In this document: positions 9,876 to 20,005 of the stretch, piece after piece
Numbering within the stretch: position 1 is the stretch's first letter
Layout of the letters: each line of letters opens with the position of its first letter
Assembly: GCA_046759445.1 (NCBI GenBank)
Contig: JBHICG010000005.1
Location: 32,001 to 96,000, forward strand
Direction of reading: 5' to 3'
Length of the DNA stretch: 64,000 nucleotides
Source of the DNA: Candidatus Scalinduaceae bacterium
GTDB taxonomy: Bacteria > Planctomycetota > Brocadiia > Brocadiales > Scalinduaceae
Translations under genes and position numbers: made by a program
The notes under the pieces: model-generated
What the model was told of the DNA's origin: nothing
Databases searched by the model: none
What the model saw: the letters and a program-made list of their open reading frames with translations, nothing else

Positions 9876-9906
9876 AAAAAGGCCTGCATCTATGCGGGCT
9901 TTTTTT
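9876..9906 (+). terminator. Intrinsic terminator
   Basis: AAAAA-GGCCTGCA-TCTA-TGCGGGCT-TTTTTT: GC-rich hairpin followed by a U tract. Confidence 0.75.
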
Positions 9907-9943
9907 GTACACGCATTCAAAGTGTACGTATATAAAACTTAAA

Positions 9944-10095
9944 GGGGTATGCACTTGACTGACCTAAAATTTCCATAAGATATTGATCATGCATAACTTA
10001 ATGGTAATAATTTGACAATCGGCCTAAAACACCTTAACTAATTATTTTTTCAAGTGCTTACGATTTAATTGGGTCAGTCAAGTGCATACCCCCGT
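9944..10095. mobile_element. MITE-like element, ~150 bp
   Basis: Perfect 21-bp inverted repeats GGGGTATGCACTTGACTGACC (9944-9964, 10072-10092). Flanking 9-bp direct repeat AAACTTAAA (9935-9943, 10096-10104). No internal ORF. Confidence 0.75.
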
Positions 10096-10264
10096 AAACT
10101 TAAACTACATTTATATACTAAAGTAGTTCCACTAATCTTCTTAAGTTTTGGACCATTTATCCAGATAGTTATTCAAAACTGACTTGTAGGTCTCGATTTA
10201 TATATTTGTACATGTCCGAAAAAATATAGTAATATATCACTCACGAAAAGAGCATAAATTTATT

Positions 10265-11017
10265 ATGAAACTTACTATTCTGGGTTCCGGTACAGGTATT
10301 GTTACTGCAAGGAGGGGCTCTTCCGGCTACCTTGTATGCATAAATGATAAGAGTCTGTTGATAGATAGTGGCTCAGGGACATTAAAAAAGCTTACAGAGG
10401 CTTCTTCAAGTTATAAAGAGATTGATTATGCAATTTATACACATTTTCATCCTGACCACGTCGTAGACCTGATTTCACTCCTGTTTGCATTGAGAATACC
10501 TAACAACGACGTTAATAAAAAGCTGACCATAATAGGACCGACTGGTATGAATGATTTATATCAGAATCTATCCAGGGATTTCAATAATTTCATCGAGCCA
10601 AGGGGGTACGAACTGGATATTAAGGAATTATTGGAGGGTTATATCGATTTTGAAGATTTCAAGATTACTTCAAGCCTTGTTAAGCATCTTGATAACAGTG
10701 TTGCATATCGTGTCGAATCTGAGGATGGAAAAACATTGGTGTATTCAGGAGACACAGATTACTGTGAAAGCATGGTCAACCTGGCAACAGATGTAGATGT
10801 GCTTTTGCTCGAATGCTCATATCCAAAACATATGAGGGTAGAAGGTCATCTAAACTCAACACTTGCAGGGAGGATTGCGAGGGAATCAAATTGCAAAAAG
10901 CTTGTGCTAACACATTTTTATCCAATTTGTGATGAATACGATATTTTGGGTCAATGTAAAGAGGAATTTAAAGGAAAGATAATCCTGGCTGAGGATTTAA
11001 TGAGTATAGAGATATAG
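10265..11017 (+). CDS. MBL-fold metallo-hydrolase, RNase Z/ElaC-like
   Basis: LTILGSGT, LLIDSGSG, THFHPDH, YSGDT, HL..LVLTHFYP motifs. Confidence 0.85.
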   Translation: MKLTILGSGTGIVTARRGSSGYLVCINDKSLLIDSGSGTLKKLTEASSSYKEIDYAIYTHFHPDHVVDLISLLFALRIPNNDVNKKLTIIGPTGMNDLYQNLSRDFNNFIEPRGYELDIKELLEGYIDFEDFKITSSLVKHLDNSVAYRVESEDGKTLVYSGDTDYCESMVNLATDVDVLLLECSYPKHMRVEGHLNSTLAGRIARESNCKKLVLTHFYPICDEYDILGQCKEEFKGKIILAEDLMSIEI

Positions 11018-11081
11018 GCATATACTGGATATCAAGCAAATTCATTTTCTTAAATAAGCATACCCACTTTAGGAGATAAAT

Positions 11082-11129
11082 AAAAAAAAGGCGCTCTTAT
11101 GTATTACTTGCACAAGAACGCCTGTTTTT
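11082..11129. terminator. Bidirectional terminator between convergent genes
   Basis: A-run, imperfect AGGCGCTCTT/AAGAACGCCT stem, T-run. Confidence 0.6.
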
Positions 11130-11160
11130 ACACCTTTGTTTTGATAATGCATTAAATTAC

Positions 11161-11508
11161 TTAGTAATAACCTTCACCACGTTGCTTTCTTTTCTTTTTT
11201 TTGGGTTTCTCTCGATAACTTTGTTTGGGTTTTTCAGATTCAGAATATTTACCAGGTTCCTTTTTGTATGCATTTGCGCAACCCTCACAGCAAAAGGGGA
11301 TGCTCTTTCCCTCGTGTTCTACCTCTACGCGTTTACCCTTACTATCCACGCCCTTTCCACAAACTATACATCCATTCTCAGGTTTTTCACCAGCAGAGAC
11401 TTCTTTAATATCACAATAACTGTCTGCGAATACAATATTGTTTGAATAAGATGTCATTAACGCATACGCAATAACAACAATACCTATAATATAACTAGCA
11501 TGCTTCAT
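11161..11508 (-). CDS. Exported small protein with a TRASH/YHS-type metal-binding domain
   Basis: Signal peptide, CIVCG...(x17)...FCCEGC, SD AAAGGAG, basic tail. Confidence 0.7.
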   Translation of the reverse strand: MKHASYIIGIVVIAYALMTSYSNNIVFADSYCDIKEVSAGEKPENGCIVCGKGVDSKGKRVEVEHEGKSIPFCCEGCANAYKKEPGKYSESEKPKQSYREKPKKKKRKQRGEGYY

Positions 11509-12085
11509 ACGTTCTCTCCTTTAAAATAAAAATGGTGTTTAAATATTTTTATCCAACAAAAATCATTATAACGCATTTGGCGTAGCTTACGAAACAAAAA
11601 ATATTCCTGATTAGTTCCATAATTTTAATACCCAAAATAAATTTACTGACGTCACTTAACTCTGATCAGCTTATAAAATTCATTTATTGTCTTTTTGCCC
11701 TTACATCCGCTACACTATTAAAAGGGCTGTGCCTAACAATTTATCATAATTAAGGTACGTTAAAAAAAAGGATTTCTGTCACTTATCGTTTACTGAGATG
11801 AGATAAAAAATGCGTTTGATTTATGCCATTTGTGCAATTATATTAACACATGCTATTTCTGGTTTTGCTATTGGTTATCGAAAATTGGTCATCGCTTGAT
11901 AAAGTGGAGACAATCTGTGTTAGACGCATATTCCTATTAGTAGAATAATCACAAGTAGTTATCGATGTTACGTTACATCTATATCTTGCTATTATTACGT
12001 TTATGCAATACCAACGCAGTTTCGCACGTATTCAAATGCAAATCTACTAATTCCGACCTGATTTAGTAAAATGAGAAAATAGTTT

Positions 12086-13312
12086 ATGGTTCTAGAATCT
12101 ACAATTAATTATCAGAGACGCTCGGTCATGTGCTCATTCGTAGTGTGTATGGGATTGTTGTTAGTGATTGTGATGTCAATGCTTGGATGTGCCATGGTGA
12201 CTCCTGTGGCAGGTTCACGGCATGTAACACTCATAGCTACTGTAGAGAGTAGTTGGGAGAGACAGACCCAACAATTAGCTCAGGAGGGAATAATCACTGC
12301 AAGTGCCAGGCAAAGCCTGGCATTGGCCGAATTTACCCCCAGATCTGATTTATATTGGACACGCTTGGCCATGTGGTTAGAACACGGCAAATCTGAAGGT
12401 AAGGCTATCTGTGAGCTAGAGGAAACCTACCGAGTAAATGAAGATGGCGAGTATACAGTACGCCTGGATGGAGTGGCAGAAGCGGGACCCATACCAGTAG
12501 ACACGATCGAATATGAGCTTGAAATATCTATTGAAGTTCGTTCTGGCGTAGACAATCACGTAATTGGACAGATGTTCAGGACAATTCGCCCCAGGATTGC
12601 AACTTTAGAGAGTCAGAGCTGGTTATGGTTGAGTCCGTCGGAGAAACTGGATCCACTGACAGTTGAAATGAAAGCAGATGATGAGTATCTTGTACATACT
12701 CGACTCGCCCTTTCCGCACGGAGGGGGCTTAGAACTAGTGATAAAACAATGTCAGTGGATGGAGGGTTTCGGCTGGTGGTTGAACCTATGAGTCAGGTAC
12801 AGACTAGGGAAGAACTGGCCAGGTCTCTGGCTCAGGAATTGACTGCAATGTGGTCGAGAGAGGGTCTGGAAATAGCAGAAAATCCTCAACTACAGGATGC
12901 TGCACAATCCCTCTCCCGTTTGTTTCTTAATGAGGCTGTTTGGTACGTGGATATACATATTCCTCGCGACAACAGATTTGCTTGTTATGAACACGCAAGA
13001 ATTGTGCGCGAGTGGTACGAGTCTCGTATGCGGCTTGATTCCAACCTGGCTCGGTGGTTTCGCATGACCACGGTACGGAGGGATACCTTGTTAATCTGGC
13101 AGTCCTCTAACTTAATAACTCCAAATGTCAAAGAAGACCCAGAAGGGTGGCTGTATGACGGAACGGGTATAGTACTTGAACCCAAGATTGGGGCAGCCGG
13201 TGACTTTTATGGTCGTTACTTAACGGCAGAGGAGTTTCAAATGTGGGGGAAATTGCCTAAACTCCAGCGGACGGCCCAATCGTTCTCACGGAGTGATGAA
13301 TATATACCGTGA
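12086..13312 (+). CDS. Hypothetical protein, possible lipoprotein
   Basis: 408-aa ORF. Hydrophobic stretch ends MLGC (lipobox-like). Visibly more GC-rich than its flanks. Confidence 0.6.
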   Translation: MVLESTINYQRRSVMCSFVVCMGLLLVIVMSMLGCAMVTPVAGSRHVTLIATVESSWERQTQQLAQEGIITASARQSLALAEFTPRSDLYWTRLAMWLEHGKSEGKAICELEETYRVNEDGEYTVRLDGVAEAGPIPVDTIEYELEISIEVRSGVDNHVIGQMFRTIRPRIATLESQSWLWLSPSEKLDPLTVEMKADDEYLVHTRLALSARRGLRTSDKTMSVDGGFRLVVEPMSQVQTREELARSLAQELTAMWSREGLEIAENPQLQDAAQSLSRLFLNEAVWYVDIHIPRDNRFACYEHARIVREWYESRMRLDSNLARWFRMTTVRRDTLLIWQSSNLITPNVKEDPEGWLYDGTGIVLEPKIGAAGDFYGRYLTAEEFQMWGKLPKLQRTAQSFSRSDEYIP

Positions 13313-13646
13313 ATGGGATACCACTAACCAAGAAATTCATGATACTAGAAACGTATTGTACTAAATCAAATTAATTTTAATTGCCATTCTTGTTTATTAT
13401 TGTTTCATAGCAAATAATTTATCTTACAAATATATTGAATGCTGGTAATGTTTTTTTGATCCGAAAATAAAATATGGAATCCTCCCAAAAGGTAGTCAAT
13501 AAACCCACTTTTGCGGGAAACTCAATTTTATATGGATTTGCTAAGTTAAGGTTTTGTTTGCATTATTTTTTCATTTTTGTAAAATTACACTTTTTTATTT
13601 CTATTATTAGAAGAGTATCGCTAAACAGAAAGGTAATTTTAATTAA

Positions 13647-16358
13647 ATGGGAGTGGTTAAATTAACCATAAATGGAAAAACTTATGAAGTGGAACAGGAA
13701 AAGACTATACTTGAAGCGGCAAGAGAAAATGACATATGGATTCCAACCCTTTGTTATGATAAACGCCTCGACCCATACGGCGGGTGCAGGATATGCCTGG
13801 TTGAAGTTGAAGGTGCAAGACAATTACTAACTTCATGTACGACCAGAGTAGGTGAAGGCATGGTCGTAAATACAGAATCTAAGAATGTTATCAGTACAAG
13901 GAAGGGTGTGCTTGAATATATCTTATCAGATCATCCTCTTGATTGTATGACTTGCGAGGCTACAGGTTGCTGTGAACTTCAAGACCTTGCTTATACGATA
14001 GGCGTCGATGGGCTTAATTATAGAGATGAGGACAAAAGAGGCGGAGTTATCCCTGATAGGAATGAGCTTATTTACAGAGAAACTCCTAAATGCATAAGAT
14101 GCGGCCGTTGTGTAAGGATATGTGGTGAAGTCCAGCAAGACCATGCGATAGAGTTTGGAGGCAGGGGTTTTAAAATGTGGGTTTCGACTCCTTTTGGTGA
14201 GTCTTTGCTGGATGGTACGTGTGTTCTTTGTGGGCAATGCGTATCTACATGTCCAACTGGCGCTTTATTTGAGAAAAAGGCGATGGGCAAAGGCCGTTCT
14301 TTCCAGATAAAAAAGGTGAGGACTACATGTGGCTATTGCAGTATCGGATGCCAGATTGATATTCACACCAATCATAAAGGCATAATCAAAATAACCTCTG
14401 AAGTAGGAGTCGTGCCAAACAATGGGAATCTTTGCACAAAGGGCAGATTTGCATATGATTTCGTTAACCATCCAGATAGGCTTACCACTCCCATGGTTAG
14501 AAAGAATAATAATCTTGAAAAGGCTAGCTGGGATGATGCCTATGATGTTATTACCAAAAAATTAAAAGATATAAAGTCAAAATATGGTAATGACTCTATA
14601 TCATTTATAAGTTCAGGACGTTGTACAAATGAAGAAAATTATCTATTGCAAAAGTTAGCAAGGGCAGTCATTGGTACTAATAATATTGATCAATCAGAAA
14701 CAGAATGTCATGCAGCAACTTTAGGTGGCCTTAAGACCTCTCTTGGCTACGGTGCCACTACAAACTCAATCGAAGAAATCACAAAATCAGACGCTATATT
14801 AGTCATTGGGGCCAACGTCACAGAAGCGCATCCCATAATAGGGCTTGAGGTAAAAAAAGCGGTACGAAACGGCACAAAACTAATTGTGGCCGATACACGC
14901 TTGATCTGGTTAACAGAGATTGCAAAGACTTACTTAAACCTTGTGCCCGGAACTGATACGTTCCTCATCAACACTATAATAAACGTAATTATCAATGAAG
15001 GTCTCTACGACGAGAAATTTATAGAGGAAAGAACTGAAGATTTTAAGACGCTTAAGAATGCAGTAACAAAAAATGAACCAGGAAAGGCTGAAAGTATAAC
15101 GGGTGTAGCAGAGGAAAAGATTAAAGAAGCCGCCCGAATCTATGCTAATGCGAAAAAGGCAACAATATTATACGGAAATGGCATAACCCAACACAGGTCA
15201 GGTATCGATAATGTAAAGAGCCTTGTGAATCTAGCCTTGCTGACGGGTAATATCGGTAAAGAAGGTACAGGTATAAATCCACTTATGGGTCAGAATAACG
15301 GCCAGGGAGCTTTCGATATGGGAGCTATTCCTGAATTCTATCCAGGCTATCAACCAGTTTCTGAGCGTACGACTCGTAAAAAATTCGAAGATATATATAA
15401 AGTATCTTTACCTAAAAATAAAGGCTTACATATCAGGGAGATGCTTGATAAGGCTTACAAAGGGAAGATCAAGGCAATGTATATTATGGGTGCAGATATC
15501 CTGATAAGTGAACCAGATACGACAAGAGTAAAGAAGGCACTTAATAATCTGGAATTGTTGATAGTACAGGATATATTTATGTCAAACACGGCTCAATATG
15601 CAGATGTACTGTTACCGGCAGCTTGTTTTGCGGAAAAGGATGGCACATTTACGAATATAGAAAGGCGTGTACAAAGGACAAGAAAGACTGTTTCACCACC
15701 AGGTGAGGCAAAAGCAGATTGGAAGATAATTTCTGAAATTTCAAACCGCATGGATTATCCCGTGAATTATAATTCACCCGAAGACGTCTGGGAAGAGATA
15801 CGAACGGTTTCTCTGAACTATGCCGGGATTAATTATAAAAGAATTGAAAATGGGGGAGTACAATGGCCTTGTCCTGATACTAATCATCCTGGTACAAAAT
15901 TTTTATATGAAGAAACGTTTGTCAATGGGAAAGCAAAGTTCTCCACAACAGAAAGCAAATCACCTCTTGAAAAGGCTGATAAAAACTATCCGTTTATCCT
16001 TAGTACTGGACGAACTCTTTACCACTTTAATAGCGGCACCATGACGCACAGGACAAAAGGGAGTACACAAAAACAACCTTACGCATTTGTAGAAATTTCA
16101 CATGAAGACGCCGAAGATGCTGGAATAAAAGATGGAGAAATAGTAAGGGTAACTACAAGACGCGGGCAGATAACCATATCTGCTAACATCACAAACAGAG
16201 TAGTGCCAAAGCAAATCTGGATTCCATTTCATTTTGTAAGCGCACAAGCAAATCTACTAACAATAGACCCTTGTAATGCTTCGCATGCGGACGGCAATTC
16301 AAGTTCTATGCCCGAGTACAAAATCTGTGCGGCAAAGATTGAAAAGGTACAACAATAG
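13647..16358 (+). CDS. Formate dehydrogenase alpha-subunit-like (FdhF/FdsA-type) Mo/W-bisPGD enzyme with N-terminal Fe-S domains
   Basis: 2Fe-2S (CYD...GCRIC), H-CxxC, two CxxCxxC ferredoxin motifs, CGYCSIGC cluster, LCTKG, EKDGTFTNIERRVQ, C-terminal molydop-binding domain. Active-site residues are atypical (see findings). Confidence 0.85.
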   Translation: MGVVKLTINGKTYEVEQEKTILEAARENDIWIPTLCYDKRLDPYGGCRICLVEVEGARQLLTSCTTRVGEGMVVNTESKNVISTRKGVLEYILSDHPLDCMTCEATGCCELQDLAYTIGVDGLNYRDEDKRGGVIPDRNELIYRETPKCIRCGRCVRICGEVQQDHAIEFGGRGFKMWVSTPFGESLLDGTCVLCGQCVSTCPTGALFEKKAMGKGRSFQIKKVRTTCGYCSIGCQIDIHTNHKGIIKITSEVGVVPNNGNLCTKGRFAYDFVNHPDRLTTPMVRKNNNLEKASWDDAYDVITKKLKDIKSKYGNDSISFISSGRCTNEENYLLQKLARAVIGTNNIDQSETECHAATLGGLKTSLGYGATTNSIEEITKSDAILVIGANVTEAHPIIGLEVKKAVRNGTKLIVADTRLIWLTEIAKTYLNLVPGTDTFLINTIINVIINEGLYDEKFIEERTEDFKTLKNAVTKNEPGKAESITGVAEEKIKEAARIYANAKKATILYGNGITQHRSGIDNVKSLVNLALLTGNIGKEGTGINPLMGQNNGQGAFDMGAIPEFYPGYQPVSERTTRKKFEDIYKVSLPKNKGLHIREMLDKAYKGKIKAMYIMGADILISEPDTTRVKKALNNLELLIVQDIFMSNTAQYADVLLPAACFAEKDGTFTNIERRVQRTRKTVSPPGEAKADWKIISEISNRMDYPVNYNSPEDVWEEIRTVSLNYAGINYKRIENGGVQWPCPDTNHPGTKFLYEETFVNGKAKFSTTESKSPLEKADKNYPFILSTGRTLYHFNSGTMTHRTKGSTQKQPYAFVEISHEDAEDAGIKDGEIVRVTTRRGQITISANITNRVVPKQIWIPFHFVSAQANLLTIDPCNASHADGNSSSMPEYKICAAKIEKVQQ

Positions 16359-16462
16359 AAAGTAAACCTAAAAATAATAATTTTCTAAATTTAATATAAT
16401 AAGATACATATATATTATATTACCTGTCCTGTTATCCTGTCAAAAAAACATTATCTATTATA

Positions 16463-17860
16463 ATGAAAACATATGACTTGTTAATTATTGGTGGTGGCCC
16501 TGGAGGTTATGTTGCTGCTATTAAGGGTGCACAATTAGGTTTAAGTGTGGGGCTTGTAGAAAGGGACAAGGTTGGAGGAAATTGTCTTCACAAGGGTTGT
16601 ATACCTACAAAGGCCCTGATCCACTCAACACATTTATACGAAATGTGTAAAAGGGGCAAAGAGTACGGTATAATCATAGATGGCCTTAATGCGGACTTTA
16701 GTGAATTTCACAGACGGAAAGAAACTATCGTAAAAAGATTGTTTGGTGGTATAGAACATTTACTCAAGAAAAACAATGTTGACGTATTAAGGGGCACGGG
16801 ACAGATAGTTTCTCCAAAAAATGTTCTGATTAAGGAAGACGATAAGATTAAAGAAGAATTATCAGTTAAGAATATCATTATTGCAACTGGTTCTTCTCCT
16901 GTAGTTTTTGATGGTATACCGTTTGATAAAAAGAGCGTATTAACGAGTGATGAGATACTGGAATTAGAAGAAATACCCTCTTCGCTTTTGATTATTGGGG
17001 GCGGCGCAATAGGGGTTGAGTTTGCCTATGTCTATAATGCCCTCGGAACTAGTGTTACTGTGATTGAAATGATGGATGAAATTCTTCCGATGGACGATAA
17101 AGATATAGGAAGTACATTGAGAAAGAGTCTTTCAAAAAAAGGCATTAAGTTCCTTACCCAAACTGCCTTTGACAGTATTGAAATAAAGGAAAATACAACT
17201 GAGACAACAGTTAAGAAAAAGGATGGTACAACAGAATTGCTCCAAAGTGAAAAAATCCTGCTGGCATTAGGGAGAAAACCTGAAACTAAAGATTTGGGCT
17301 TGGAAGGACTTGACCTCGAGTTTAAGGGAAAATTCATAGGCGTAAATGAAAATATGGAGACAAACCAACCTGGTATATTTGCAATTGGAGACGTTAACGG
17401 TCCTCCTCTACTGGCCCACCTGGCATCTGCGCAGGGTTTGCTTGTTGTTAATAAAATTGCAGGAAGGGATTTTGCGCCATTAAACAAAAACGCAATTCCA
17501 AGGGTAACCTATTCCAATCCTCAGGTCGCGGGTGTTGGTATGAGCCAGGAAGAAGCCGTAAAAGAAGGTTACGAGGTAAAGATTGGAAAATTCCCATTTA
17601 TGGCTAACGGTAAGACTCAGATAATAGGAGAAGGGGAGGATGGGTTTATAAAGGTTATAACTGATGCAGCAAGTGGAGAAATATTGGGCGTGCACCTGAT
17701 TGGTCATGAAGTAGGGGAGTTGATAGGAGGAATGTCACTTGCTATGAATCTGGAAGCAACGAATCTGGAAGTTAGCGCCAACATATTCCCGCATCCAACA
17801 CTTTCCGAGGTTTTCAGTGAGGTCTTCCATGCAATCGAAGGCAAGGCAATACATATCTGA
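16463..17860 (+). CDS. lpdA: Dihydrolipoyl dehydrogenase
   Basis: GGGPGGYVAAI, GGNCLHKGCIPTK redox disulfide, GGGAIGVE, C-terminal HPTLSE. Confidence 0.93.
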   Translation: MKTYDLLIIGGGPGGYVAAIKGAQLGLSVGLVERDKVGGNCLHKGCIPTKALIHSTHLYEMCKRGKEYGIIIDGLNADFSEFHRRKETIVKRLFGGIEHLLKKNNVDVLRGTGQIVSPKNVLIKEDDKIKEELSVKNIIIATGSSPVVFDGIPFDKKSVLTSDEILELEEIPSSLLIIGGGAIGVEFAYVYNALGTSVTVIEMMDEILPMDDKDIGSTLRKSLSKKGIKFLTQTAFDSIEIKENTTETTVKKKDGTTELLQSEKILLALGRKPETKDLGLEGLDLEFKGKFIGVNENMETNQPGIFAIGDVNGPPLLAHLASAQGLLVVNKIAGRDFAPLNKNAIPRVTYSNPQVAGVGMSQEEAVKEGYEVKIGKFPFMANGKTQIIGEGEDGFIKVITDAASGEILGVHLIGHEVGELIGGMSLAMNLEATNLEVSANIFPHPTLSEVFSEVFHAIEGKAIHI

Positions 17861-17913
17861 TAATAAATACCGGTTCGCCTCTTCCATCTCGTAGGTGGAA
17901 TGGCTGCATTTAT

Positions 17914-18432
17914 TTAAGTAACTTTTTTTCTGCCTTTCATATATTTTTGATAACGCTCTATACCGACGCACTGACTTCCTACGGGACACTTTTCAATACA
18001 GCTTTCGGGTAAATCACGCTGTATCATTTCCCCACAACTCTCACAGGTAAATTCATTCTCGAAGCCAGCTACTGATGCTGTACCATTCTTATGACAGTGT
18101 GGACATGTTACGTCTACAATTTCTATCCTTTTTATCTTTTCAGCACCAGGACATTGAAAGATACTGGGGTTTTTAAATTCCTCTGTAGAACGCTGAGAAA
18201 CCTTTTTTACTTTTGAAATGGTTTGGGTGGCTAAAATACGAAGAGACATTCGCTGTTCTTTCCTTAAGAATTCTTGAAGAGTCTTCATGGCTTCGCTATT
18301 ACCTTTTCCTATTCTACCAATTTCTTCAAGAGCCTGCTTCACCTTCTCGACATTCTCATTATACAAATTTTGCGAAAGCAATTTAATAACCGCAAAGTCC
18401 CCCTCTCCGTTCTCTGTGGTTAACTTTTTCAT
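17914..18432 (-). CDS. HEAT-repeat-like N-terminus fused to a Cys-rich metal-binding domain
   Basis: Helical VKQALEEIGRIG...LRILATQTISKV, then CPG...CPHC...CESC...CIEKC....C. Confidence 0.6.
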   Translation of the reverse strand: MKKLTTENGEGDFAVIKLLSQNLYNENVEKVKQALEEIGRIGKGNSEAMKTLQEFLRKEQRMSLRILATQTISKVKKVSQRSTEEFKNPSIFQCPGAEKIKRIEIVDVTCPHCHKNGTASVAGFENEFTCESCGEMIQRDLPESCIEKCPVGSQCVGIERYQKYMKGRKKVT

Positions 18433-18684
18433 TATGGAACCAACTTAACAAGCTCTATTAGAAATGTCAATAAAATCAATAACATATGAATTCTTGAGAT
18501 GGACAACGCAAATATATGCTCTTGACACTTGACAATTTTATATGCAATACATATTATTGTTCTTAAGAAGTAAGTTGTGAGTAGTAGCGGGCAATTTTAT
18601 TTTGTAAAATTGCTAAGATCAAGAATTTATAATTTGAAATATGGGATGTGTTCCTAATAGACCATTAGAAAAAAAGGAGAACAA

Positions 18685-19758
18685 ATGAATATAATTAAAT
18701 TTACTGCAATTAGCTGTTTATTGGCCCTTGTCGTTATCAATGCTGTGTTGCCTACATTTACTACTGCAGGGGGTTTGATTGATATGGGTTATGGCAGAGG
18801 TGGAAGGATGGCGGGTGGAGTTAAATCACCAAGTTCAGAAGAACCTATTAAACCAATTCCGATTAATTTTGATTACGACCGAGCAAAGGTGGAATTAGGA
18901 AAGAAATTGTTTTTTGAACCCAGATTGTCCAAATCCGGTTGGATTACTTGTAATTCCTGTCATAACCTCTCGACAGGTGGTGCAGACAATTTGCCAAGCT
19001 CTATCGGACATAAATGGCTATTTGGTCCGATAAACTCACCTACCGTCCTGAATGCAAGATTCAATCTGGCACAATTCTGGGATGGCCGTGCGAAGGACTT
19101 GAAAGAGCAGGCAGGAGGCCCCATAGCCAATCCTAGTGAAATGGCCTCATCCCATGAGATTGCAGTGAGTGTATTGCAATCAATACCGGAATATGTGCAA
19201 TGGTTTAGGGAAGTTTATGGAGATGGAAAAATTGACATTGATCAGGTCACTGATGCTATTGCAGCATTTGAAGAGACTTTAACCACACCAAACTCAAGAT
19301 TTGATATGTGGTTAAAAGGCTATGATAAATACATTTCCAAATCGGAGAAGGAAGGATATGATCTATTTAAGGATAAAGGTTGTATAACCTGCCATAATGG
19401 TGTTGGTGTTGGAGGAAACTCTTATCAGAAATTTGGAATGGCAAAACCATATGACAAAGACACACATACTCTTGGCAGATACAACGTAACAAAAGATGAG
19501 AAAGATAAATACGTATTCAAAGTTCCACTGCTAAGAAATATTGAACTAACAGCTCCCTATTTCCACGACGCAAGTACATGGAGTTTGAGTGAGGCAGTTA
19601 ATATCATGGCCGAATATCAGTTAGGATTAAGTCTTACTGATAATGAAACGAACAAAATTGTTGCATTTCTACGAACCTTGACTGGAGAGCAACCTGAAAT
19701 CATTTTTCCAACTCTGCCACCCTCAACTGCAAACACTCCAGAACCAAATCGCAATTGA
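18685..19758 (+). CDS. Di-heme cytochrome c peroxidase (CcpA/MauG family)
   Basis: Signal peptide, CNSCH and CITCH haem motifs, NSPTVLNA, QFWDGRA, FKVPLLRNIELTAPYFHD. Confidence 0.92.
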   Translation: MNIIKFTAISCLLALVVINAVLPTFTTAGGLIDMGYGRGGRMAGGVKSPSSEEPIKPIPINFDYDRAKVELGKKLFFEPRLSKSGWITCNSCHNLSTGGADNLPSSIGHKWLFGPINSPTVLNARFNLAQFWDGRAKDLKEQAGGPIANPSEMASSHEIAVSVLQSIPEYVQWFREVYGDGKIDIDQVTDAIAAFEETLTTPNSRFDMWLKGYDKYISKSEKEGYDLFKDKGCITCHNGVGVGGNSYQKFGMAKPYDKDTHTLGRYNVTKDEKDKYVFKVPLLRNIELTAPYFHDASTWSLSEAVNIMAEYQLGLSLTDNETNKIVAFLRTLTGEQPEIIFPTLPPSTANTPEPNRN

Positions 19759-20005
19759 TTTTATACTGTTGACATTCATTTTAGACAGGATTTGCAGTAT
19801 AATTATTTTTTTTCGTTATTGAGTTCTTTGATTTTCCGTGTATTTCCGTGGTTAACTTTTTCAATTACTTCCCTGGAGATATGCGTTAAAGAAAGAAATT
19901 AGAGGCAGACTAAAAGTAGTCAGTAAGCTATAGATGGAAGAGTTGAAAAAGGGTCCCTTATGGAATATTCATAGGAACTGTTTGTTAGTTTTTATATTGT
20001 TATTA

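Noticed and set aside
13647..16358. Selenocysteine-containing formate dehydrogenase
   Set aside because: The ORF is uninterrupted and the ligand codon is TGT (Cys).
16420..16450. CCTGTTATCCTGTC-type fragments (also ~19780, ~28376-28445, ~33517)
   Set aside because: Probably decayed members of a dispersed palindromic repeat family, but too degenerate to delimit reliably.
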